Source of the DNA: Centroscyllium fabricii
Lineage: Eukaryota
Direction of reading: 5' to 3'
Assembly (NCBI GenBank): GCA_051313645.2
Contig: JBNRSN020000002.1
Span: forward strand, 348,874,001 to 348,938,000
Length of the DNA: 64,000 bases
Both the position numbers and the translations under genes were made by a program. Below are positions 48,518 through 58,089 of this stretch, piece by piece. The notes beneath the pieces were generated by a model. The model was not told where the DNA came from. It did not search any database and worked only from the letters and a program-made list of their open reading frames with translations. Every line of letters begins with the position of its first letter. Position 1 is the first letter of the stretch.

Positions 48518-49643
48518 GGTGGGCCGCTGAAGGCGCCCGTGGTTCGCACGCGGCTGACCGCTGTGAGCGCGCTGGCGGCGCCCGTGGTTCGCACACAGCG
48601 GGCCGCGGTGACTGGGTTGGCGGTGCCCGTGGTTCGCACGCAGCGAGCCGCGGTGGTTGGTTTGGCGGTGCCCGTGATTCGCACGCAGCCGGCCGTGTTG
48701 GGTCTGCTGCTGGCGTTGGGGGGTCGCGCTTGGCCGGCCGTTGCCGCATCGGGGTGGGAGATGGGGGCGCTTTCCTTCTACCCCCGGACCGTCGCTGGAT
48801 CGCGCTGCTATTGCAGCTTACCTGAGGTCTGACGGAGTTTTCACAGGCTGCGCTGTTGTACCTGGAGTTGGGCGCTGCTGGTGCTGATCTGCAGGCCTTT
48901 GCATAGTGTCCCTTTTTGGAGCACCTCTCACAGGTCGCGGTCCTTGCTGGGCATCTCGCTCGCGGGTGCAGTCCCTGGCCGCAGAAATAGCACCGTTTGT
49001 CCTTTGCGGGTGTCGCAGCCATCGAGGGGGTCTCGACCCGTTGTGGTGCTGCCCAGGCCTGGGCCCGTTGTGGCGCGGCCCACATGTCGTAGGCCTGCGG
49101 GTTTGTGCCGCTGTACGCCTGCAGTTTATTGCGTGCTCCTTCAACGGAGTTAGCTATGGCGATCGCCTCCTCAAGAGTCAAAGAGTCCTTTTCGAGCAGC
49201 CGCTGGTGGGCTTCCACGCACCTCAGGCCAGTTACATACGCGTCTCGGACGAGGAGGTTCGCCTCCTCTTCTGCTGTCCGGGCTTGGCAGCCACAGACCC
49301 GTACCAGGGCCTGGAGCGCTTGCTCAAACTGTTCATTGGTCTCACCCGGTAGTTGTGGTCTGGTAGCGAGCACATGTCTGGCGTAGACCGAATGGACCGG
49401 GCGCTCGTAGCATTTCCTCAGCTTTTCCACTGCCCCTGGGTAGGTTTTGGCGTCTCGGATGAGGGAGAATACTCGGCTGGAGATCCTAGACCGGAGAACC
49501 TGCAACTTGTTCCCGTCGGTTGTAGCCTTGGCGGCGTCCATGTCGGCCTCCAGGAGACCGAACCAGTGTTCGAACGTGGTGGCGGCGGCTGGGGCCTGTG
49601 GACTGATATCCAGCTTTTCTGGCTTTACCGCACCGCTCTCCAT
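48318..49643 (-). CDS. Gag with two zinc-knuckle motifs (C-terminal end probably a frameshift product)
   Basis: 441-aa ORF with CYFCGQGLHPRARC and CERCSKKGHYAKAC. Confidence 0.85.
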   Translation of the reverse strand: MESGAVKPEKLDISPQAPAAATTFEHWFGLLEADMDAAKATTDGNKLQVLRSRISSRVFSLIRDAKTYPGAVEKLRKCYERPVHSVYARHVLATRPQLPGETNEQFEQALQALVRVCGCQARTAEEEANLLVRDAYVTGLRCVEAHQRLLEKDSLTLEEAIAIANSVEGARNKLQAYSGTNPQAYDMWAAPQRAQAWAAPQRVETPSMAATPAKDKRCYFCGQGLHPRARCPARTATCERCSKKGHYAKACRSAPAAPNSRYNSAACENSVRPQVSCNSSAIQRRSGGRRKAPPSPTPMRQRPAKRDPPTPAADPTRPAACESRAPPNQPPRLAACEPRAPPTQSPRPAVCEPRAPPARSQRSAACEPRAPSAAHHVRPPGAAILSPAARHVRPLGGAILSPGPHHVRARGAAILCTAPTSKGPPHTKAHVGLSHTQSGPG

Positions 49644-49668
49644 TTAAAAAATTTTAAGTTAATAAAAT

Positions 49669-49941
49669 TGACGTAACGTCAATTGGTCTTAATAAAAGAC
49701 TGGACGAGTAGTTACCGTAACTGAAGGCTTTTATTAACTTACTATGGAGCTACCCTCCGAACGAACATCAGAACAGAATGAGGGAGCCTCGGTCAGTCCT
49801 CACCTATAAAGGCCTCACCTGGGGGAGGAGTTAGAGGTGTGGCTGACCTGGCTCCACGACAGTATTACAGGGCTGTGTATCACACACAGCCAATTGTTGG
49901 CGACAATAATAGTGGTAATATATACAATATGGGTTACCACA
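49669..49941 (-). repeat. 5' LTR
   Basis: Direct repeat of 45142-45414; followed by a 25-nt leader and the gag ATG at 49643. Confidence 0.95.
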
Positions 49942-51068
49942 GCACGTAAATCAATTTTCCATTGCACACCCGCTGAAGTTATGGTGTAGAAGTGGGAGCA
50001 GCTCCGAGGAAATTAAGTATTTTATTTTGCACGTGCACGCTACAGCTTCTATCCAATATAAAAGGCAGCTGAAGTTAAATAACTTGCTTCTGTCTACATT
50101 ATTCATTTTAACGACTTGGATATGCTTCCTCCCAGTTATTTTCAATTCAAATTTTTCAATTCAAGTTTTGTCATTGCAGAGTACGAGTACAATACAACGA
50201 AACGAAGACTCGCTGCTCCCGAGAGTAGTGCAAATAAGTTACATATAATTGCATACAGTAAAGTACTTTTCAGGTGTGCAGGTACTGGAGTTTTTTTTTC
50301 CTCAATCAACATTATAATAAACTTGGAGTTAATAAATTTTTCCTCAATCAACATTATAATAAACGTAAGGCCACTATCCCCCCACCCCTCCATACAATAA
50401 AAATACAAGTTAAGTTTCTTTGCTATAAGAAAAACCCATTCTTAGTCAATTCGTACCCCATAAGGGCAGCTGCTACTACTTACATTTTCATCACTCCCAC
50501 CCAGAGGGACACTCTATGCGTTATAAACAATTCTGCTAATGATTACAAGCTTTTCAATTTAAAATTGTGGTCCGTAATACTGGCTGCTTCTTCTGATGCC
50601 ATAGAAACTGTCCCATTTGCATTGTTACGTGCTTTCTACAGCAACTGGATGCACTTTTAACCTTGCATGCATGTTTGGCGCCTCAGTCTGAGCAGCAATC
50701 TTTACATTGCACCACCTGCTGTGAAATTACCAGGCAATATAATACAGTACCCAGAACCTGAGCCGGTATTGTTGAACTACCAGCTGGAGTTATTCAGAAA
50801 TATAAATGCACTACTAAAGATAAGCGTTCTTCGACCATAACACATTTCTATCAATCTTTTCCTCAGACGAGCCAGAAGGGCTGAGTAATTATATAGGTCA
50901 AAAGTTCAGCAGGCATTTCCCCAGTAGCGTAATGGATAAAGAGGACAGCAATAAGCCATAAGGAATACCACAGTCAATTCGTAGCCGGTGCCAAGTTAAC
51001 TGGTTTCAGCCAGGGCAGCAGTTCAGTTGTTACAACTGGCCTCAACAAGACTTATTTATCCACATATA

Positions 51069-51417
51069 CAGGAAACTCTTTGATATCCGGCACCGACAGG
51101 ACCGGCGTGTTGCCAGTTTATCAAAATTTCCGGATAACGGAGAGGGTTATCTACCAAGGCTATTTTTAACAAAGAAAAATTTAAAAAAACAAGAAATGTG
51201 CATTATACAGTAATTGGGTACTCACCTACAGAATGTTGTGTTAAATGGATGTGGATTGTGGCAATTTGGAGAACTACCCCCACTGATTAACTCAGTCACC
51301 ACAGGAGACTCGGACTCGGCAACATTGCTGGCTATTGAGGTGTTGTTCTCAGATGAGAATTTTGCCCTTTAATAGAGAATTCTGGATATTTAGGCGCCGG
51401 TTAAACAAGAGTTCCTG
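51069..51417 (-). mobile_element. MITE: internal-deletion derivative of the Tigger at 29544-32218
   Basis: Reverse complement of both ends of that element (e.g. gttgccagtttatcaaaatttccggataac and agagaattctggatatttaggcgcc); TA flanks. Confidence 0.9.
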
Positions 51418-51786
51418 TACAAAGTATACCTCTTTGTCCTGAGGATACTAAGTAGCTGGGGAACAGTCCTTGGCCTAGATTGGGGCCTCTTTGTCTAAAT
51501 GAGCCTCTCAGCAAGGGATGCAAGAACAAGGAATCCTGGATGTCAAGTGATATATGAGAATGGATTAAGAAAAAAAGGGAGGCTTTTGGCAGATACAAAG
51601 GACTAAAGACAAAGGAAGCCCTAGAGGAGTATAAAAAGTGCAGGGGGGGGTAATTAAAAAAGAAATGAGGAGAGCGAGAAGGGGCCATGAAATAACACTG
51701 GCGAGCAAAATAAAGGAAAATCCTAAGGTGTTTTATAAGTATATTAAGGGCAAGAGGAAAACCAGGGAAATAGTAGGGCCCATTAG

Positions 51787-54700
51787 TACTAATGAGTACA
51801 GGAACCGTAAGATAGAGCAGCTTAATTCGTGGCTAAGAGATTGGTGTAGGAGGGAGGGTTTCAGCTTTTTGGACAATTGGTCTTACTTCTGTGGAAGGTG
51901 GAACCTCTACATGCAGGACGGATTGCACCTGAACCAGAAGGGGACCAATATCCTTGCGGGAAGGTTTGCTAGCCGGGTTGGGGTGGGTTTAAACTAATTT
52001 GGCAGGGGGAGGGGACCCAGATGGAAGGTATAATGGATAGGGGAACACAACCTAATAAAGGAAAGCAGACTAGACAGCAAAACAAGGTAGTTTTAGGACA
52101 GAGAATGAAAGGCATATACTTTAACGCAAGGAGCCTGACTAACAAAGTGGATGAGTTAAAGGTATTGGTTGACTCATGGGAATATGATATAGTAGCTATC
52201 ACGGAGACGTGGCTGAAAGAGGGGCAAGAATGGCAGCTAAACATTCCGGGGTATAGAATTTTCAGGCGGGACAGGGACAAGGGTAAAAGGGGAGGGGGGG
52301 TAGCGATACTGATTAAGGATTCAATCACAGCCATTAGGCGGGTCGACCTAATGGACGAATCCTCAAACGAGGCACTATGGGTGGAGGTAAAAAATAAAAA
52401 AGGGGGGGGCACCTTACTGGGAGTATATTATAGACCACCAAACAGTAAAGGGGAGGTAGAGGATAAGATATGTGAACAAATCACGAAGATAAGTGAAAAT
52501 AATAAAGTAACAATACTAGGGGACTTTAATTTCCCCAATATCAACTGGGAGAATCAAAGTGTGCGGGGCACGGATGGTTCAGCATTCTTACAATGCAGCC
52601 AAGATAATTTTTTGAAACAATATGTTGGGTCACCTACAAGGGGGGGGGCGGTACTAGACCTAATACTTGGGAACGAGGACGGGCAGATAGAGGAGGTAAC
52701 AGTGGGGGAGCACTTCGGGGATAGCGACCACAATTCAGTTAGTTTCAAAATTGTAATGGAGAAAGATAAAAATGGACCAGGGGTAAAAATACTAAACTGG
52801 GGGAAGGCGGATTTCAATAAAATTAGGAACGATGTAACCGCAGTAGATTGGGGCCATCTCCTCAGAGGAAGATCTGCATCAGAGCAGTGGGAGGCCTTCA
52901 GAGGGGAAGTCGGGAAGATACAGGAGGAACATGTTCCTGCAAAAATTAAGGGTGGGGGAGACAAACAAAGGGAACCTTGGATGTCTAGGGATATATGTAA
53001 ATTAATGAAGAAAAAAAGGGGGGCTTTTAATGAATATAAACGGCTAAAAACTGAGGAGGCACTAGGGGAGTATAAGAAATATAGGGGGGATTTAAAGAAG
53101 GAGATAAGAAAAGCCAAGAGAGGTCATGAGATTACAATGGCCGGTAAAATCAAGGATAACCCTAAGGCATTTTATAGTTATATAAAAAACAAAAGGATCA
53201 CGAGGGAAAGGGTGGGGCCCATTAAAGACGATAGCGGAAAGCTGTGCGTCGAGCCCGAGGAGGTGGGGGAGGTACTAAATGAATTCTTCTCTTCAGTATT
53301 CACAAGAGAGAGGGACGATACCGACATCGAAATCGGACAGAATGTAGGGGGGGTAATTGAGGATATTACCATTACAAGGGAAGAAGTTCTAGAAATCTTG
53401 GGAGGCTTAAAGGTGGACAAATCACCAGGGCCGGACGCAATGTTCCCCAGGCTGCTGTTCGAGGCCAGGGAGGAGCTTGCGGGTCCCCTGTCTCAAATCT
53501 TCAGGACCTCTCTCGCGTCAGGGGATGTACCTGAGGACTGGAGAACGGCTAATGTAGTACCCCTGTTTAAAAAGGGTAGTAGGGACAAACCGGGCAACTA
53601 CAGGCCAATCAGTCTTACATCTGTAGTGGGGAAAGTAATGGAAAAAATTCTGAGGGATAAAATCAGTTCGCATTTGGACAACCAAGGTCTAATAAGAGAC
53701 AGTCAGCATGGCTTCGTCAAAGGTAAGTCGTGCCTGACCAATCTGTTGGAATTCTTTGAGGAGGTAACAAAGAGGGTGGATGAAGGGAGTACTGTGGACG
53801 TAGTGTATATGGACTTTAGCAAAGCTTTTGATAAAGTCCCACATAGGAGACTAATAACAAAGGTTAGAGCGCACGGGATACAGGGTAACTTGGCACAGTG
53901 GATCGAAAATTGGCTGGGGGATAGGAGACAAAGGGTAATGGTAGAGGGCTGCTTCTGTGACTGGAAACCAGTAACCAGTGGCGTCCCCCAAGGATCGGTT
54001 TTGGGACCCTTACTGTTTCTAGTATACATCAACGATTTGGATATGGGAGTAGGGGGTACGATCAGCAAATTCGCTGATGATACGAAAATCGGAAGGGTGG
54101 TAAACAACGATGAGGATAGTAAGGGGCTTCAGGAGGATATAGATATAATGGTTAATTGGGCAGAAAAATGGCAAATGGAGTTCAACCCAGAGAAATGCGA
54201 GGTCATACAATTCGGTAGACCAAATGGGGTAAGGGAATATACCATGAACAACAAAACGTTAAATAGGACCGAGGAACAGAGGGACCTGGGGGTACAGGTG
54301 CACAGCTCCCTGAAGGTTGCTGGACACGTTAACAAGGTAGTTAAGAAGGCATACGGAATTCTCGCCTTTATTAACCAGGGCATAGTATACAAAAGTAGGG
54401 AGGTAATGTTAAACTTGTATAACACACTGGTGAGACCTCAGCTGGAGTACTGTGTGCAGTTCTGGTCACCGCACTACAGGAAGGATGTGGCTGCCCTGGA
54501 GAGGGTGCAGAGAAGGTTTACCAGGATGATACCTGGTCTGGGGGACCTGTGCTACGAGGAAAGGCTGGACAGGCTGGGGTTGTTTGCCTTGGAGAAGAGA
54601 AGGTGGAGGGGTGACATGATTGAGGTGTACAAGATCATGAGGGGACACGATAGGGTAGACAAAGGTGCATTGTTTCCCCTGGTGGGAGAGTCAAGCACTA

Positions 54701-54994
54701 GGGGACATAGATTCAAGATCAGGGGGGGGAGGTTTAGGGGGGAGGTAAGGAGAAATTTCTTTACCCAGAGGGTGGTGGAAGACTGGAACTCCCTGCCTGT
54801 GAGGGTGGTGGAGGCAGGAACCATCACAACATTTAAAAAATACTTGGACCAGCACATGAAGGACCATAACATACAGGGTTATGGGCCAGGTGCGGGCAAC
54901 TGGGGTTAGTACAGTGAGGAGTTTTTCTGGGCCGGTGCGGACTGGATGGGCCGAATGGCCCTTATCCGCACTGTAAAATTTCTATGATTCTATG
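51787..54994 (+). mobile_element. Young 5'-truncated CR1 LINE (end of ORF1, intact ORF2, (ATTCTATG)n tail)
   Basis: ATTAG duplicated at 51782-51786 and 54995-54999; ORF1 end DGLHLN...GLN*; canonical CR1 8-nt tail. Confidence 0.92.
52021..54909 (+). CDS. CR1 ORF2: APE endonuclease plus reverse transcriptase, uninterrupted 962 aa
   Basis: FNARSL, ITETWL, GDFN, SDH (endonuclease); DFSKAFDKV, QGSVLGP, FADD (RT). Confidence 0.95.
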   Translation: MEGIMDRGTQPNKGKQTRQQNKVVLGQRMKGIYFNARSLTNKVDELKVLVDSWEYDIVAITETWLKEGQEWQLNIPGYRIFRRDRDKGKRGGGVAILIKDSITAIRRVDLMDESSNEALWVEVKNKKGGGTLLGVYYRPPNSKGEVEDKICEQITKISENNKVTILGDFNFPNINWENQSVRGTDGSAFLQCSQDNFLKQYVGSPTRGGAVLDLILGNEDGQIEEVTVGEHFGDSDHNSVSFKIVMEKDKNGPGVKILNWGKADFNKIRNDVTAVDWGHLLRGRSASEQWEAFRGEVGKIQEEHVPAKIKGGGDKQREPWMSRDICKLMKKKRGAFNEYKRLKTEEALGEYKKYRGDLKKEIRKAKRGHEITMAGKIKDNPKAFYSYIKNKRITRERVGPIKDDSGKLCVEPEEVGEVLNEFFSSVFTRERDDTDIEIGQNVGGVIEDITITREEVLEILGGLKVDKSPGPDAMFPRLLFEAREELAGPLSQIFRTSLASGDVPEDWRTANVVPLFKKGSRDKPGNYRPISLTSVVGKVMEKILRDKISSHLDNQGLIRDSQHGFVKGKSCLTNLLEFFEEVTKRVDEGSTVDVVYMDFSKAFDKVPHRRLITKVRAHGIQGNLAQWIENWLGDRRQRVMVEGCFCDWKPVTSGVPQGSVLGPLLFLVYINDLDMGVGGTISKFADDTKIGRVVNNDEDSKGLQEDIDIMVNWAEKWQMEFNPEKCEVIQFGRPNGVREYTMNNKTLNRTEEQRDLGVQVHSSLKVAGHVNKVVKKAYGILAFINQGIVYKSREVMLNLYNTLVRPQLEYCVQFWSPHYRKDVAALERVQRRFTRMIPGLGDLCYEERLDRLGLFALEKRRWRGDMIEVYKIMRGHDRVDKGALFPLVGESSTRGHRFKIRGGRFRGEVRRNFFTQRVVEDWNSLPVRVVEAGTITTFKKYLDQHMKDHNIQGYGPGAGNWG

Positions 54995-56909
54995 ATTAGG
55001 GACCAAAGTGGCAATCTGTGTGTAGAGCCAGAGGATGTAGGTGGGGTTTTAATTGAATATTTTGCATCTGTGTTCACTATGGAGCAGGACGATATAAACA
55101 CAGAAATCAGGCAGAGGGACTGTGATTTTCTTGAACAAATTAGTATTGAAAGGGAGGAGGTACTAGCGGTTTTAGCAGGCTTAAAAGTGGATAAATCCCC
55201 AGGCCCAGACAAGATGTATCCCAGGCTGCTGTGTGAGGCAAAGGAGGAGATTGCAGGGGCTCTGACACAAATTTTCAGAACCTCTCTGGTCACAGGGGAT
55301 GTACTGGAGGACTGGAGAACAGCGAACGTAGTACCATTATTCAAAAAGGGTCGCAGGGATAAACCGTGGAACTATAGGCCAGTGAGCCTAACATCAGTGG
55401 TAGGAAAATTATTGGAAAAAATTCTGGGGGACAGAATTAGTCTCCACTTGGAGAGGCAAGGATTAATCAAGGATAGTCAGCATGGCAATGTCAAGGGAAG
55501 ATCATGTCTAACCAATTTGATTGAATTTTGAGAGGGGGTGACTAGGCATGTGGATGAGGGTAATGCAATGGATGTGGTATACATGGATTTCAGTAAGGCT
55601 TTTGATAAAGTCCCGCATAGGAGACTGGTCAAGAAGGTAAGAGCCCATGGGATCCAGGGCACCTTGGCACAGTGGATACAAAACAGGCTTAGTGGCAGGA
55701 GGCAGAGGGTGATGGTCGAAGGTTGTTTTTGTGACTGGAAGCCTGTGTCCAGCAGGGTACCGCAGGGACCGGTACTGGGTCCCTTGCTGTTTGTAGTCTA
55801 CATTAATGATTTGGATATGAATGTAAAAGGTATGATTAGTAAGTTCACAGACACGAAAATTGGTGGAGTGGTAAATAGCGAGGAGGGAAGCCTCAGTCTG
55901 CAGAACGATATAGATGAGTTGGTCAGATAGGTAGAACAGTGGCAGATGGAATTTAATCATGAAAAGTGTGAGGTGATGCATTTTGGGAGGACTAACAAGG
56001 CAAGGGAATAAACAATGAATGGTAAGACCCTAAGAAAGACAGAGGATCAGAGGGACCTTGGTGTGCATGTACATAGATCCCTGAAGGCAGCAAGACAGAT
56101 AGATAAGGTGGTTAAAAAGGCATATGGGATACTTGCCTTCAATAGCCGAGGCATAGAATATAAGAGCAGGGAGGTTATGATGGAGCTGTACAAAGCTCTA
56201 GTTAGGCCACAGCTGGAATAGTGTGTGCAGTTCTGATTGCCACACTATTGGGAGGATGTGATTGCTTTGGAGAGGGTGCAGAGGAGATTCACCAGAATGT
56301 TACCTGGGCTGGAGCGCTTCAGCTATGAAGACTGGACAGGCTGGGGTTGTTTTCCTTGGAGCAGAGAAGGCTGAGGGGGGACCTGATTGAGGTGCACAAA
56401 ATTATGAAGGGCATAGATAGGGTAGATAGAAAGGAACTTTTTCCCTTAATAGAGGGGTCAATAACCAGGGGGCATAGTTTCAAGGTAAGGGGCAGGAAGT
56501 TTGGGGGGGATTTGAGGAGGAACTTTTTCACCCAGAGGGTGGTTGGAGTCTGGAACTCGCTGCCTGAAAGGGTGGTGGAGGCAGGAACCCTCAGAACATT
56601 TAAGAGGCATTTGGATGAGCACTTGAGATGCCTAAATATACAAGGCTACGGACCAAGTGCTGGAAAATGGGATTAGAATAGAAAGGGTTTGATGGCCGGC
56701 GCGGACACGATGGGCCGAAGGGCCTCTTTCCGTGCTGTATTACTCTATGACTCTAAGGTGATAGCTGCTCCTCTGATGATTCAGATGGTTCAGGCAGTGC
56801 GTAATTAATGGGAAGGTTCCAGGTTTGATTCCCACAGACTGTGTGGAGTTAATGAATCTCAGCCAGGGAATATATCGGTCAACCTCAGACCAGAAGAAGG
56901 GACATGGAG

Positions 56910-57249
56910 TGACAATGGCCCAATGGCGAGGTCAAAACAAGCAAGGCAGGGATCCGAGAAACCAGGAGAATAATGCACAATAAAAAGGCTGGGACGCTAG
57001 ACACGGAGGTACGAAGACAAACTGGCACCTGAGAGAGGGAAACACACAGCCTCAATACACTAAGGAGGTAATGAGGAACAGGTGAAACTGATCAGGGCGG
57101 GGCAGATGATCACACAGGGCTGGAAACACACAAGGGCAGGAAGCAAGTCTCTGAAATGAGAGGTGAGGTGTGTGATACAAAATAAAACAGGAAATAAATG
57201 AACAACAATAATGAAAACATAACTTAGGAAGCAGGACGGGACATGACAG
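56910..57249 (-). mobile_element. Probable LTR fragment of fish-Gypsy type
   Basis: Minus strand starts TGTCATGTCCCGTCCTG and has cacctgttcctcatt / tgtgtgtttccct motifs recalled from fish Gypsy LTRs; no clear TSD, left boundary uncertain. Confidence 0.45.
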
Positions 57250-57439
57250 TTCCATGATGTATTGTTCTAAGAAACTGTCTCGAATGGAGGGAGGTGTGGA
57301 TGGGATGAACATTGAATCTAATTGTGTTCATACACAATTCAGTAGAAGTCACTGGATAGTGATCGGTTGTCAAAAGCCTGGCCAATTTTCCACTCCCTAA
57401 CTCAAGGAGTAAGGCAACCAATTGTCGTGCCCCTCATAT

Positions 57440-57772
57440 GAAATAGGAGCAGGAGTAAGCCATCTGGCCCTTTGAGCCTGCTCCGCCATTCAATAAGATC
57501 ATGGCTGATCTTCTACCTCATCTCCACTTTCCAGCATTATCCACATATCCCTTGATTCCCTTAATATTCAAAAATCTATCGATCTCTGTCTTGAATATAC
57601 ACAATGACTGAGCCTTCACAGCCCTTTGGGGTAGAGAATTCTAAAGATTCACCACCCTCTGAGTGCAGAAATTTCTCATTTCAGTCCTAAATGGTCCACC
57701 CCTTATTCTGAGACTGTGACCCTTGGTTCTAGACTCCCCAACCAAGGGAAACATCCTACCTGCATCTACCCA
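57440..57772 (-). mobile_element. CR1 3' fragment
   Basis: GHSLRIRGGPFRTEMRNFCTQRVVNL plus tail. Confidence 0.8.
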
Positions 57773-57900
57773 TAATGTGGAGGTGCCGGTGTTGGACTGG
57801 GGTGGACAAATGCAAGAAGTCATACAACACCAGATTATAGTCCAACAGTTTTATTTTAAAATCACAAGCTTTCGGAGCTTCTGCCCCTTCGTCAGATGAA
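57773..57900 (-). mobile_element. Penelope-like element terminal (pLTR) fragment
   Basis: Hammerhead core followed by AATAAA and the ...ccagtccaacaccggcacctccacat end recalled for shark Penelope repeats. Confidence 0.65.
57860..57900 (-). ncRNA. Minimal hammerhead ribozyme motif
   Basis: Minus strand CUGACGA-A-GGGGC-AGAA-GCUCC-GAAA-GCUU: both conserved core boxes, a 5-bp stem II and a palindromic AAGCUU. Activity untested. Confidence 0.55.
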
Positions 57901-58089
57901 AGAGAGACTGACTTAAAGAACGCACATGTGTGATGGAGAGAAATCTGATATCTCCCACATCTCACCTCAGTAGAGCTAGACACACAAAGGCTTATTAACA
58001 TATTTTAAGTGTTTCATTTAAACATAGCATATATAGAGAGAGATAACAATGTGGTCTCTCCAGTTGTTTTACATCACACCTGTAGACCA

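Larger units (their letters stand above)
45142..49941 (-). mobile_element. Ty3/Gypsy LTR retrotransposon, complete structure, young but frameshifted
   Basis: Two 273-bp LTRs (TG...CA), GCACG TSD at 45137-45141 and 49942-49946, PPT AAGAAGGGGTGAA next to the 3' LTR, domain order gag-PR-RT-RH-IN. Confidence 0.96.
51515..56755 (+). mobile_element. Older degenerate CR1 ORF2 plus tail (host of the nested young CR1)
   Basis: 51515-51786 and 54995-56755 join seamlessly (gggcccattag|ggaccaaagtggc); multiple stops; tail tactctatgactcta. Confidence 0.9.

Noticed and set aside
45472-49676. Many long plus-strand ORFs inside the Gypsy element (possible antisense gene)
   Set aside because: Expected shadows of GC-rich gag/pol with few stops; no recognisable domains.
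50540-50640. Candidate upstream ZNF827 exon (minus strand ...VSMASEEAA...)
   Set aside because: Only a chance MASE match; it runs into a stop with no suitable phase-1 donor.
52554-55344. Minus-strand ORFs over the CR1 elements (and plus-strand 175-948)
   Set aside because: Recurrent antisense frames of CR1 ORF2 seen in every copy; no independent coding evidence.
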